64,000 nucleotides of DNA from Deltaproteobacteria bacterium (GTDB taxonomy: Bacteria > Desulfobacterota > Syntrophia > Syntrophales > UBA2185). This document shows positions 50,632 to 60,774 of this stretch, in pieces (position 1 is the first letter of the stretch; each line of letters starts with the position of its first letter). Location: assembly GCA_026388545.1 (NCBI GenBank), contig JAPLJS010000046.1, forward strand, positions 23,396 to 87,395, written 5' to 3'. The position numbers and the translations under genes were made by a program. The notes under the pieces are model-generated. The model saw only the letters and a program-made list of their open reading frames with translations, had not been told where the DNA came from and searched no databases.

Positions 50632-51129
50632 TTTCCCCAATTCCTTTCTCATAAGCAATCGCCATGTATCATGATAATTCCGGTATCTCTGCTACCAACA
50701 TTGAACAGTATATTACTGCTCTATAAGACAAATAGAGTACACGGCAAGGTGATGAGGTAATTACGTATCAGCTCTTTTAGGAATATGTCAACGTTCCTTC
50801 TTCATAATATTTCTTATGTGTTTTAATAGGTAAAACCATATATTTTTATCCGGTTATCTTCTATTAACCTTTCATACATTTACTTTCATTAGCGTCGATG
50901 GAGCATTTTAATATCTTTTCTCATTATATATAGACGTACCTAAAAAAAATTTTCTGATACAGTAAATCTGATACTCCTTGCGTGATTGGTCTTGTGAGAC
51001 ACATTCATCGTCATGTAACAAATTGCTTTTTGGCAATCCCCGTGCTAAAAGCTTCAAGAATGTAAATTGTTTGTGAGTAGTGAAGTATTTTTTTATGCTG
51101 ATAATTCAGTATACAATTTTAGCACCTTA

Positions 51130-52359
51130 ATGAACACTTCGTCCCTGGATAAATATGGTTGTTACGCCCTCCTCTTGCTTCTTAGTGTTAATTTCTTAAA
51201 TTATATCGACAGGCAGATTTTATATGCCGTATTTCCACTTATCAAAGACGATTTCGGACTGACGGATACTTCACTCGGCTTTCTGGGCAGTGCCTTCATG
51301 CTTTGTTATATGGTATCGGCTCCCGTACTCGGGTGGCTGGGAGACCGTATAAGCCGTGTGAAACTTGCCTCTGCCGGGTTGGTTGTCTGGAGTGTGGCCA
51401 CGTCACTTACGGGCATTGCTTCCCGCTATCATACGCTTCTTTTAGCAAGAGTATCGGTCGGGATAGGCGAAGCAAGCTTCAGTACGGTATCTCCGGGCCT
51501 TCTGGCCGACTACTTTCCAAAAGAGAAACGAGGACGAGTACTTTCACTTTTTTATCTTGCAATTCCTGTCGGGAGTGCATTTGGCTATATTTTAGGTGGA
51601 ATTCTTGGGCAAAAATTTGGCTGGCAAACAGCATTCCTTATGGTCGGAGTACCCGGAGTTCTTCTGGCTATTCCTTTATGGTTTCTTAACGAACCAAAAC
51701 GCGGCGGCAGTGAAGGAAAAGTTACGGGAGACTTGATGCAGTCAGGAGGCTACAGTTCTCTGTTTTCAAATCGTCCCTTTATTATCAATACCCTGGCTAT
51801 GACGGCAATGACATTTGCGATGGGAGGTCTGGCACAGTGGGTTCCTACGTATCTCTACCGCATTCATGAACTCGATTTGGTTACTGCGAATACTTATTTT
51901 GGCTGTATCACGGTACTTGCAGGGATAACCGGTACTCTGATTGGCGGTTGGCTGGGAGATTATTTTCAGAGAAAGACCCCGAAGGGGTACCTCTTAGTGT
52001 CCGGTTGGGGTTTTCTATTTGGGGCTCCAATGGCAGCTTATGCCCTCGTTACACCGACACTGAGCAATTGCCTTGCGGCAATATTTTTTGCCGAATTTTT
52101 CCTGTTTTTAAATACCGGTCCACTCAATACTGTCATAGTGAACGTGACGCATCCAGACGTACGAGCCAGGGCCTTTGCAGTAAACATTTTTATCATTCAT
52201 GCCCTTGGAGACGCCTTCTCACCCACCGTATTGGGGTGGTTGTCAGACCTCTGGGGGCTCAGGTATTCTCTCCTCATCACCCCTATTGCTATCATCGTAG
52301 CGTCTTTTTTCTGTTTTTTATGCGGCCGCTTTATTGGAAAGGATAATACGAAGATATGA
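51130..52359 (+). CDS. MFS transporter (Spinster-like)
   Basis: About 12 predicted TM helices. FLNYIDRQIL...GWLGDRISR motif. The internal ATG at 51130 is preferred. Confidence 0.85.
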   Translation: MNTSSLDKYGCYALLLLLSVNFLNYIDRQILYAVFPLIKDDFGLTDTSLGFLGSAFMLCYMVSAPVLGWLGDRISRVKLASAGLVVWSVATSLTGIASRYHTLLLARVSVGIGEASFSTVSPGLLADYFPKEKRGRVLSLFYLAIPVGSAFGYILGGILGQKFGWQTAFLMVGVPGVLLAIPLWFLNEPKRGGSEGKVTGDLMQSGGYSSLFSNRPFIINTLAMTAMTFAMGGLAQWVPTYLYRIHELDLVTANTYFGCITVLAGITGTLIGGWLGDYFQRKTPKGYLLVSGWGFLFGAPMAAYALVTPTLSNCLAAIFFAEFFLFLNTGPLNTVIVNVTHPDVRARAFAVNIFIIHALGDAFSPTVLGWLSDLWGLRYSLLITPIAIIVASFFCFLCGRFIGKDNTKI

Positions 52360-52368
52360 GCAGCGTAG

Positions 52369-53742
52369 CTATTGCAGGCGCCTTTTCATTATATCGTAAA
52401 GAACGTTCTCAATTAATTTTCTTATGATGTGTAAACGTTCCTCTGTCGAGGCCTCAAAGCGCAGAACTAAAACGGGCTGGGTATTGGATGAACGTACGAG
52501 ACCCCATCCATCACCGAAGGGGATTCTTACACCGTCGATATCGATAATTCTATAGTTTTTCCTGAAATAATTTTTGATCTCTTCAACCACCTTAAATTTA
52601 ATATGGTCTGGACAGTCTACCTTAATCTCAGGAGTGCTGAAGGTCGGAGGAACATCGGAAAGGATTTCACTGATTTTTTTACCTGAAGCGGATAGGATTT
52701 CCAGCAATCTTAGAGAAGCATAGATGGCATCGTCATAACCGAAATACCGGTCTGCAAAGAACATATGACCACTCATTTCACCTGCGAGAAGGGCTTTTTC
52801 CTCTTTCATTTTGCTCTTGATCAAAGAGTGGCCGGCTTTCCACATGATTGGTCTACCGCCATGTTTTTCAATATCGTCATAAAGCTTTTGCGAGCACTTA
52901 ACCTCACCGATAATGGCTGCACCAGGCGTTTTCTGAAGGATAAATCTGGAAAAAAATAAGAGGAGTTCATCTCCCCAGAGGATATCACCCCGGTCGGTTA
53001 TTACACCGATTCGATCCGCATCGCCATCGTAAGCAATGCCTATATCGGCTTTCTTCTCTTTAACGAGGCCAATCAATTCAGTGAGATTTTCGGGAATAGT
53101 CGGATCCGGGAAATGGTTAGGGAAGCGGCCATCCGGGTCGCAGTAAATATCAGTAACATGACAACCAAATCGTTTAAAAAGAGGGAGCGCAAAAATACCT
53201 CCCACACCATTTCCAGCGTCTACAACGATATTCAACCCTTCATTTATCTCAATGTTGTTAAACAAATAATCTTTATACGGTTTTGAAATGTCCGCGAAGC
53301 GGGAAGATCCTTTTCCGGCTAAATACTTGCCGCTTTCCATGATTTTCCTCAGCTCTTGAATATCCAGGCCATAGATGGTATCAGGCCCCACACATATCTT
53401 AAAACCGTTGAATTCGGGAGGATTATGACTTCCTGTCACCATCACACCGCCGTCTGCGTTAAAATGTCTTATGGAAAAATAAAGCATTGGGGTGGCGCAC
53501 AGACCGACATTAATGATATTTATCCCCGTTGAATTAATGCCTTTTCCGATTGAGTTGCAGTATTCGGGAGAACTGAGTCGGCAATCCATGCCAAAAGTCA
53601 TGGTCTTAACTCCGCGAGGAATCGCGTAAGTTCCGATCGATCTTCCAAGATTGTAAACAAAGTCAAAGTTAAAATCTTTGTCAACGATGCCCCGGATGTC
53701 ATACTCTCTGAAAACTTCAGGGTTTATTACAGTGCCGATCAT
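52369..53742 (-). CDS. Phosphomannomutase/phosphoglucomutase
   Basis: 457 aa. Active-site TGSHNPPEFNGFK, metal site YDGDADR, and GEMSGH. Confidence 0.93.
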   Translation of the reverse strand: MIGTVINPEVFREYDIRGIVDKDFNFDFVYNLGRSIGTYAIPRGVKTMTFGMDCRLSSPEYCNSIGKGINSTGINIINVGLCATPMLYFSIRHFNADGGVMVTGSHNPPEFNGFKICVGPDTIYGLDIQELRKIMESGKYLAGKGSSRFADISKPYKDYLFNNIEINEGLNIVVDAGNGVGGIFALPLFKRFGCHVTDIYCDPDGRFPNHFPDPTIPENLTELIGLVKEKKADIGIAYDGDADRIGVITDRGDILWGDELLLFFSRFILQKTPGAAIIGEVKCSQKLYDDIEKHGGRPIMWKAGHSLIKSKMKEEKALLAGEMSGHMFFADRYFGYDDAIYASLRLLEILSASGKKISEILSDVPPTFSTPEIKVDCPDHIKFKVVEEIKNYFRKNYRIIDIDGVRIPFGDGWGLVRSSNTQPVLVLRFEASTEERLHIIRKLIENVLYDIMKRRLQ

Positions 53743-54788
53743 TATGAACCGGAAAACTCCTTCAAGTCGACATGCTTTTTAATCATTTCTTCAATGAGAA
53801 GCATCTTTTCGGTATCATCTTTCTGGAGTAAAGGTTCAATGCAATCGACCTGTTTTGCAATCTGGTATGTATCCGGCGATACAAGAAGAAGAGGGATTTT
53901 GAGAGCTGATGCTTTTGAGATGAGGTCCGGGGAAGGTTCGATATTACATGTGAGTATAATAGCCGCTGTACTGCTTTCCAGAGCGGCCGAAATCATATCA
54001 TTGCGGTCACCACTGGTAATAACGACTTTGTTTTCTTCATGAAAGATAGGACTTTGTACTGCGGCACGGGCGGACATGGAGCCTATGATAATATTCTTTA
54101 CCGGGCGATTCAGAAATGATTCACCCGTTATAATTCTTGCAAACAGACGGTCAGCCAGGAAATTTACGGTAAAGTGGGACAATTCCTCATAATACGGGAT
54201 TACCCCGAGTACTTTAATATTTAACTGTTCTATCTTGGGAAGGTGGACATTGTTGAAGTCTTCCAGGTTAGGTACTTTATTAATAATAATTCCTTTGAAA
54301 TTGACTGTACCAAAATTAACGTGGTTTTTTAAAAAGATGATGTCGTCGATGATTGTTTCTTCTTTTCCGCTGATCACAACCAATAGTTCGGCAGCTAATG
54401 ATTTTGCTAAAGATATGGCATCAAGGTGGACAGAAATACCGTACGGTATTTCCTTTCCGCCTTCGATAAACAAGATATCCTTATCTTTGCCGGCGCTTTC
54501 TTGCAGCTCAAGAACCTTTTGTGTTATGGTTTCTTTGTCAAATATATAGAGAAGCTTGGCATGATCAAAGCCGATACTCATTTCCGCTGGGTCTTCCCCC
54601 AGACCGAATATGCTATTAATCAGTGCGGTATCATAATCCCACAGTCTTTTTTTACGATAGAGCAGCCTGTCTCCAAAAGGTTTTATATAGCCGAATTTTT
54701 TTTGTAATGCCTTTGACAAACCGATTATTATACTTGTTTTGCCTGCATTTTGGTGCGTGGATGTTATTACCAGCCTGTGCATTATCAT
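53742..54788 (-). CDS. Pta N-terminal-like protein: P-loop (BioD/CobQ-type) domain plus DRTGG domain
   Basis: 348 aa. STHQNAGKTS P-loop and the VVITSGDRNDMISAAL DRTGG motif. No phosphotransacetylase catalytic domain. The stop overlaps the phosphomannomutase ATG by 1 nt. Confidence 0.78.
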   Translation of the reverse strand: MIMHRLVITSTHQNAGKTSIIIGLSKALQKKFGYIKPFGDRLLYRKKRLWDYDTALINSIFGLGEDPAEMSIGFDHAKLLYIFDKETITQKVLELQESAGKDKDILFIEGGKEIPYGISVHLDAISLAKSLAAELLVVISGKEETIIDDIIFLKNHVNFGTVNFKGIIINKVPNLEDFNNVHLPKIEQLNIKVLGVIPYYEELSHFTVNFLADRLFARIITGESFLNRPVKNIIIGSMSARAAVQSPIFHEENKVVITSGDRNDMISAALESSTAAIILTCNIEPSPDLISKASALKIPLLLVSPDTYQIAKQVDCIEPLLQKDDTEKMLLIEEMIKKHVDLKEFSGS

Positions 54789-54799
54789 ACCTCTCCGTT

Positions 54800-56725
54800 T
54801 TATAATTCTCGTCTGCTCTCAGGAGTCTTAAAAGCCATTTTCAAATGATACACGCCAACCTCTGTTTGCCTTGTGATGTCAAATCCGCCCTGCTCAAATA
54901 CCTGGAGCATGGGTTTGTTTTCAACAAGAACTTCAGCCGTAAAGCCAAGTAAACCTTCTCTCTTTGCAAGATAGGTCATGTAGGATAATATTTCACTCCC
55001 GATGCCTCTGTTTTGATAATCATCCCTTACGGCAACGGCAACTTCCGCCGTGTGTGTGGCTTCGTCAACACCATACTGGCCCAGCCCCACGATGATTTCA
55101 TTTTCCTGACTTCCGACAATCGCCAAGATGGAAATTTCTTTTGTATAGTCAATAATAACAAAATCCTGTAAACGTTCGTGGGGTATGTCCGTCCGCCACG
55201 ACATAAATCTACGGTGAAGGCTTCTGTCTGACAGAGCATAGAAAAAATCTTTCAACAAGGGTTCATCCGTAATTTTAACGGGCCTCAAAAAGAGTTGAAA
55301 TCCTGTCTTTGAAGTTCTGTATGTTTCCAAAGTTTCAGGGTATCTGCCTCTCTCGCCGGGTATATATGCCTGATCCTGATAAATCAGCCCTCTCTTTTTC
55401 GCCTCTTCAATCAGCCAGGGACGGAATTTTGGATGAGCAATGGAGATCAATGCCATGGCCCGCTCCCGGATATTTTTCCCGTGCAGATATGCGATTCCGT
55501 GCTCGGTAACAACATAACGGACATCAGCTCGATTGAGGGTAACGCCGGCTGATGCGCTCAGGGTCGGCACAATTCTGGATAAGGTCTCATTTACCGCTGT
55601 TGATTTCATTGCCAGGATCGTTTTGCCGTTTCTTGCAAGGAGCGCTCCTCTCATGAAGTCATGAAAACCGCCTATCCCGCTGTAAAACATGCTGCCTATC
55701 GATTCCGATGTGGCTTGTCCGGTAAGATCGATTTCAAGGGCGCTGTTAATAGCGACGATGTTGTCATTTCGGGCGATAATCATTGGATTGTTTGTGTAAT
55801 CTACGGTTCGGAATATAATAGAGGGGTTGTCATGAATATATTGGTACGTTTCACTTTTAGCCATGCAGAAGGTGGCTACCGTTTTTCCACGGTTCAAGGT
55901 TTTTTTTGAGTTGTCTATTACACCAGCCTTGATTAAGTTTACAATACCCTCGGTCAGAAGCTCCGTGTGAATGCCTAAATTCTTTTTATTATAGAGATGA
56001 GCCATAATGGCATTGGGGATACTCCCATATCCTACCTGCAGCGTGTCAGCGTCCTGAATAAGACGCGAAACATAAATTCCTATCCGCTGCAACGATAGTG
56101 TCTTCTCTTCAGAAAATGATCTCTGGATTTCAAGGAGTGGCGCGTCATGGGGTATAATGAAATTCACATCTTTAATATGTATAAAGCCGTCCCCATGAGT
56201 TCGAGGCATATAAGAGTTGACCTGGGCGATAACCAGAGAGGCTTTTTCCGTTGCTGTCTTGACCATGTCGACACTGACGCCGAGGCTCAGAAATCCATGC
56301 TCATCGGGAAAACTGGTCTGAATGAGCGCTATGTCTATGGGCACAATACCGCTGTTGATCAATGCCGGAATGTCTGAAAGAGATATAGGGGTGTAGTCTG
56401 CCGCTCCCTTATTGACGTTTTCTCTTGTATTATTGCCGATGAAAAAGGAATTATGGCGAAAATTGCTCTTGAACTTTTCATGAGTGTAGGGAGCTATGCC
56501 AAGAGAGTAGATTTGTATGATCTCCGCATCAAAAAAAGCCTTGGGGTTGGATTCCACATATTTTGTCATGGCGCTTATGAGATACTGCGGTTCACCGCAA
56601 CCTGATGTGACGAATATATGTTGACCGCGACGAATATGTTTGAATATCTCGTTCTCACTGGCAAACTTTTCCGGATAAATCTTTTTCCATTCTTCAAGCG
56701 ACGTCGCACTATTTGCAAAACTCAT
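54800..56725 (-). CDS. Fusion protein: acetyl-CoA hydrolase/transferase family domain plus C-terminal Pat-type GNAT acetyltransferase
   Basis: 641 aa. The N-terminal two thirds show CoA-transferase family features (TSGCGEPQYL, IDLTGQATSES). The C-terminus has LRPVKITDEPLLKDFFYALSDRSLHRRF...IDYTKEISILA...YQNRGIGSEIL. Confidence 0.85.
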   Translation of the reverse strand: MSFANSATSLEEWKKIYPEKFASENEIFKHIRRGQHIFVTSGCGEPQYLISAMTKYVESNPKAFFDAEIIQIYSLGIAPYTHEKFKSNFRHNSFFIGNNTRENVNKGAADYTPISLSDIPALINSGIVPIDIALIQTSFPDEHGFLSLGVSVDMVKTATEKASLVIAQVNSYMPRTHGDGFIHIKDVNFIIPHDAPLLEIQRSFSEEKTLSLQRIGIYVSRLIQDADTLQVGYGSIPNAIMAHLYNKKNLGIHTELLTEGIVNLIKAGVIDNSKKTLNRGKTVATFCMAKSETYQYIHDNPSIIFRTVDYTNNPMIIARNDNIVAINSALEIDLTGQATSESIGSMFYSGIGGFHDFMRGALLARNGKTILAMKSTAVNETLSRIVPTLSASAGVTLNRADVRYVVTEHGIAYLHGKNIRERAMALISIAHPKFRPWLIEEAKKRGLIYQDQAYIPGERGRYPETLETYRTSKTGFQLFLRPVKITDEPLLKDFFYALSDRSLHRRFMSWRTDIPHERLQDFVIIDYTKEISILAIVGSQENEIIVGLGQYGVDEATHTAEVAVAVRDDYQNRGIGSEILSYMTYLAKREGLLGFTAEVLVENKPMLQVFEQGGFDITRQTEVGVYHLKMAFKTPESRREL

Positions 56726-56878
56726 AAAGGTCCAACCTTTTTATGTAAAGAAGAGGTCTTTTCCGATAAAGGAATGTAATATTTTTAACGTCTCAAACTA
56801 ATCGATAAGTTATATCTCTGTCAAGAAAAGAATGCCGGAAGAGTATAAAACCAAGAATTTTTCTCATGATTTATGTTC

Positions 56879-56969
56879 ATCTCCGAAAAAGTTAATAGCA
56901 TCTTCAGGATTAGCTGTCAGTTGAAAGCTTTCAGCTGAATCCTTTCTTGCAACTAAATGGGAGAAGAAC
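56879..56969 (+). repeat. Repeat family B, copy 2
   Basis: Same orientation as 19822-19913. It shares ATCTCCGAAAAAGTT, TTCAGGATTAGCTG, CTTTCAGCTGAATCC and TTGCAACTA, and has a 7-nt insertion in the hairpin loop. Confidence 0.8.
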
Positions 56970-56984
56970 CAAAAATACAGATAC

Positions 56985-57647
56985 TTATAGCAGAACGCCG
57001 ATAATATCTGCTGCTTTGTTAACAATAAGATCTGCCCCCGCATTTAACAGGTCGCTTGTTGTTGAATATCCTGATAAGACACCTACTGTGAATGTACCTG
57101 CATCTTTCCCCATTTTGATATCCATAGGATGATCACCGACCATGTATGTGAATTCCGGCGCCGCATCAAGTGATTGTAAGGCTGTCATGAGGTGATCAGG
57201 GTGGGGTTTGACGTTGTTGGTGAGTTCTCTTGTTATGACAGTATCGCAATATTCGAGGATATCAGGGAACACCCGCATGACTGCCGATTTACAGTTTCTG
57301 GTTACAACTCCCGCTTTAATGTTACATTTTTTCAGCTCGATGAGCATATCTCGTGTACCGTCTATGAGTTCCCCTTTGCTTGCCGCTTCGATTTCGATAT
57401 GTGCAATCAAGTTACTCGCTTGCTGAAAAAAGAAAGTTTCTTTTCCAGGATGTTTACGGGAAATTAATGTCTTCCCTGCATTGATCATCTCGAGAACGAA
57501 TAGATCACTGAGTCCGTCCAGGGGGATCTGGTAAGATTCGATGAGACTAATAACAGACTTTCTCATCTGGGGGAAATTGATATTCAGTTTTGCCAATGTA
57601 CCGTCGAAGTCAAAAACGATGGCTCTTATCGATATTCCAACTTTCAA
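56985..57647 (-). CDS. HAD-superfamily hydrolase (phosphoglycolate phosphatase-like)
   Basis: 220 aa. FDFDGTL motif I, VVTRN, GDHPMDI. The TTG start overlaps the upstream stop (TTGA). Confidence 0.85.
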   Translation of the reverse strand: MKVGISIRAIVFDFDGTLAKLNINFPQMRKSVISLIESYQIPLDGLSDLFVLEMINAGKTLISRKHPGKETFFFQQASNLIAHIEIEAASKGELIDGTRDMLIELKKCNIKAGVVTRNCKSAVMRVFPDILEYCDTVITRELTNNVKPHPDHLMTALQSLDAAPEFTYMVGDHPMDIKMGKDAGTFTVGVLSGYSTTSDLLNAGADLIVNKAADIIGVLL

Positions 57648-58792
57648 ACTTTGTACGTTTCCTTTAGATATTTTTCAATACGATTTATGCCTTCCTCGAT
57701 GTTTTCAAGTGAATTAGCGTATGAAAATCTCAAATACCCTTCACAGTTTTTACCAAAGTCAATACCCGGAGTTACACCAACCCTGGCCTTTTCGAGAATC
57801 TCAAAGGCCATTTTATATGAGTCATTGGAAAACGACTTAATATTTCCGAGGACGTAAAACGCACCGGTGGGCTCCACTTTGATACCTAGCCCTATTTCGC
57901 GAAGTCGTTTGATTAAAAACATTCTCCTTTCATTATAAATGTTTCTCATACGGATTACTTCACCGCCCGCTTCCCGCAGGGCAGTTACACCACCCCATTG
58001 AACGAATGAATTGGCAGATATGAAAAGGTTCTGCAACAACTTCTGCATTGGCCTGATAGTGTATTTTGGTGCGATTAAATATCCAAGCCGCCATCCTGTC
58101 ATTGCGTATGTTTTTGAAAAGCCATTGAATACAAAGGCGTTGTCTGTAAACTCAAGAATACTGTGTGCCTTATCTTCGTAAACAAGACCGTGGTATATTT
58201 CATCGGAGATTACGGGTACGTCCAGAGATGCAATTTCTGCCATTCTTTCTGCACTGAGAAGGTTGCCTGTCGGATTGGAGGGTGAGTTGATCATAATACC
58301 TTTTGTACGCTTGGTTATTTTCTCCTTTATTGCCTCTGAAGTATATTGGAAACCTTCATCTTCATAAACGTTTACGCTAACAGGGATTCCTTCATAGAAT
58401 CTTATAAAGTTGGGATAACAGGCATAATGGGGGTCTGAAATGATGACCTCGTCACCCCTTTCGAGTATTGCAGCGAAGAGAATCAACATAGCGGGAGAGG
58501 TACCGGAAGTAACCAAAACTTGATCCGGTGAAATAGTCACATTATATTGATCAAAGTAGTGTTCACAGATTGCCTCTCTCAGTTCGAGAAGTCCGAGACT
58601 GTTTGTATAATGGGTTTTCCCATCTCGCATCGCTCGGCAACACGCTTCCCTGATGCACTCCGGGGTATCAAAATCCGGCTCACCGACTTCAAGATGAATG
58701 ATATCTTCTCCTCTCCTTTGCATCTCCTGGGCTTTTTCAAGGACGTCCATGACGATAAAAGGAGGAATTTCTGATGCTCTTTTCGTAATCAT
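57644..58792 (-). CDS. Class I/II PLP aminotransferase
   Basis: GEPDFDTP, NSPSNPTGN, NGFSKTYAMTGWRLGY. The internal ATG at 58792 (MITKRASEIPPF) is preferred over the TTG at 58900. Confidence 0.88.
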   Translation of the reverse strand: MITKRASEIPPFIVMDVLEKAQEMQRRGEDIIHLEVGEPDFDTPECIREACCRAMRDGKTHYTNSLGLLELREAICEHYFDQYNVTISPDQVLVTSGTSPAMLILFAAILERGDEVIISDPHYACYPNFIRFYEGIPVSVNVYEDEGFQYTSEAIKEKITKRTKGIMINSPSNPTGNLLSAERMAEIASLDVPVISDEIYHGLVYEDKAHSILEFTDNAFVFNGFSKTYAMTGWRLGYLIAPKYTIRPMQKLLQNLFISANSFVQWGGVTALREAGGEVIRMRNIYNERRMFLIKRLREIGLGIKVEPTGAFYVLGNIKSFSNDSYKMAFEILEKARVGVTPGIDFGKNCEGYLRFSYANSLENIEEGINRIEKYLKETYKV

Positions 58793-58921
58793 AGAATTAT
58801 GGAAATAACCTCGCTTATATAAACATTTTTGAAGCTCAACCCACAGAGAGGAAAACTTCAGATATGCATCGTAAGTAACTGCATGATTGTGCCTTGTCAA
58901 TAAAAAAAATTAATCCTCAGG

Positions 58922-59797
58922 CTATTTTTGATGACCTGTTAAGTATTCAGGCCCAAGGGTTCTTTTTATGATTCTTTTTTTATGCAAATCAGGAATTTCG
59001 AAATTAAGGACGATTTTCAGGAAGTTTACAATGATAGTGAAGGTAGCCCCCCAGAGGATCTCTTCTTTGCCCTGATTGTCACGGGTGATAAGGCAGGGGA
59101 ATTCTCTTGGATTCTGTTTATTTGTATTTAACTGGTTGGAAGTCTCAATATGATAAAGCCCGTAGTTACTTTCATCGAAAAAATTCATCAGGGGAATTTC
59201 TACAATAGTGTCAACCTCTTGATTGGGATGGAAATGCCATTCCCTTTTTACAAAACCTACAAGGGGGAAGATCGTCCGCCTAAACAAATGGAGTGAGTAA
59301 GAGGGAAGGGGACCTAAAAAAAGAATCTCCCAAGGTCTCAGCCCAGTTTCTTCCCAAGCTTCCCTCAGGGCATTGGTCAGAAAAAGGGTAATTATCCTGG
59401 AGGTGTCGATTTCCCTCATCTGAACGTATTTCAGCGCGTCACCCTGCAAAGGTGAGATGAGTCTGCTCGTAATGAAAGGCCTTAGGAGGGGATCTAAAAA
59501 ATTGTGTAACAAACCACCGGGGCAACTGAGGTCACCGGGTTGTGTTACTTTTGAGGAACGTTTAATGAGCTGGAAAAAGAATTCACCTTTATTATTATTT
59601 CCCGGCATTGATTCAATGCTTTTGAAATATAAAAGCAGAAAAACACCTGCAGCAAAATGAACATTCTCAGTTTTACGGGTCGTTTGAACAAAACGCATCT
59701 TTTCCGTATAATCAATGGAACACCTACCGAGACTTTTTACGACTAATGTGAGAAACTGATCCTTGTTCGACAGACATTCGGTATCTATGGCACTCAT
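58922..59797 (-). CDS. Nudix-like hydrolase, CoA pyrophosphatase-like, with an atypical split Nudix box
   Basis: 291 aa. ...QLIKRSSKVTQPGDLSCPGG..., about 45 aa, then ...ALREAWEETGL. The REx2EExG core is present. The ATG overlaps the stop of the upstream hydrolase (ATGA). Confidence 0.65.
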   Translation of the reverse strand: MSAIDTECLSNKDQFLTLVVKSLGRCSIDYTEKMRFVQTTRKTENVHFAAGVFLLLYFKSIESMPGNNNKGEFFFQLIKRSSKVTQPGDLSCPGGLLHNFLDPLLRPFITSRLISPLQGDALKYVQMREIDTSRIITLFLTNALREAWEETGLRPWEILFLGPLPSYSLHLFRRTIFPLVGFVKREWHFHPNQEVDTIVEIPLMNFFDESNYGLYHIETSNQLNTNKQNPREFPCLITRDNQGKEEILWGATFTIIVNFLKIVLNFEIPDLHKKRIIKRTLGPEYLTGHQK

Positions 59798-60774
59798 CCT
59801 GTTTTTTCCAACCGGGAAAATATTTGCTCAATTATCCTTTCATACCAGCATTCGAAAGGGAAAAAATCGATGAATCCGCAATGTCCTCCGTAGGTCTGAA
59901 GAGAAAGCCGCAGATAGCTGTTTTCCTTTAACCCATAAACGTCATGAATTGGCACTATCGGGTCATCTTCAGAGGCAATGATGGTAACAGGTATGGAAAG
60001 ATCGTCAAACACATTGTCCCGTAAAGTATATTGATTAAAGTATTCCCTGTAATTGCGAAACTCCGGATAGTAAGGCATGATAGCCTCTGTAAGGTCCATA
60101 CACGTTTTTATTTTCATGATATCAGAAAAATCATATTTTTCAGGGAAAAGCGACTGCTTTTTTATTAAAGATCTTTTCCATTTATTAAGAAAGTAATATC
60201 GATAGATGGGAAGAATTTCATCGATGGATAACGTGGCTTTATAGGGATCCAGGGCAGGACTGATGGCGATGATATGCTTAAGATTTGGGATTTTTGATAC
60301 AGAGTGTTTGAGTGCTATGCGAAGCGCATAATTTCCACCGAGGGAAAAGCCAATGACGTAATATGGCTTGTCATTGGATAAACGAGAGATAGTGCGAACG
60401 GCATTAAATGTCTCGTCTATGAGAGCTCCATGAAAAAGACCTTCATTGAGATGATGAGAGTTACCATGGTCTCTCAGGTTAAGACGGAATATATCATAAC
60501 CTTTATCGTAAAAATATTTTCCCGTGGACACGACGTATGTCGAATCAGAACTCCCTTCCCATCCATGAAGCAATGTGATGAGGCCTCTTCCATTTTTTAA
60601 AGGTTGTGTGGAGTAATATCCGAGAAGACGGACGCCATCTTCTGCATCAATTATCATTTCTCTTGCGAGGTCAACCATAGGATGTCTACCCCGGTATCGC
60701 ATTTTTAAGCTGCCCAAAATCGTCTGCAAGTGAGGATTTTCGGCCCAGGGTTTGGGAATAAATTTATCCTGCAT
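59794..60774 (-). CDS. Alpha/beta hydrolase, YheT/COG0429-like
   Basis: FIPKPWAENPHLQTI N-terminus, HGWEGSS, nucleophile elbow GFSLGGN. An ATG at 60774 or a TTG at 60780 could be the start. Confidence 0.85.
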   Translation of the reverse strand: MQDKFIPKPWAENPHLQTILGSLKMRYRGRHPMVDLAREMIIDAEDGVRLLGYYSTQPLKNGRGLITLLHGWEGSSDSTYVVSTGKYFYDKGYDIFRLNLRDHGNSHHLNEGLFHGALIDETFNAVRTISRLSNDKPYYVIGFSLGGNYALRIALKHSVSKIPNLKHIIAISPALDPYKATLSIDEILPIYRYYFLNKWKRSLIKKQSLFPEKYDFSDIMKIKTCMDLTEAIMPYYPEFRNYREYFNQYTLRDNVFDDLSIPVTIIASEDDPIVPIHDVYGLKENSYLRLSLQTYGGHCGFIDFFPFECWYERIIEQIFSRLEKTG

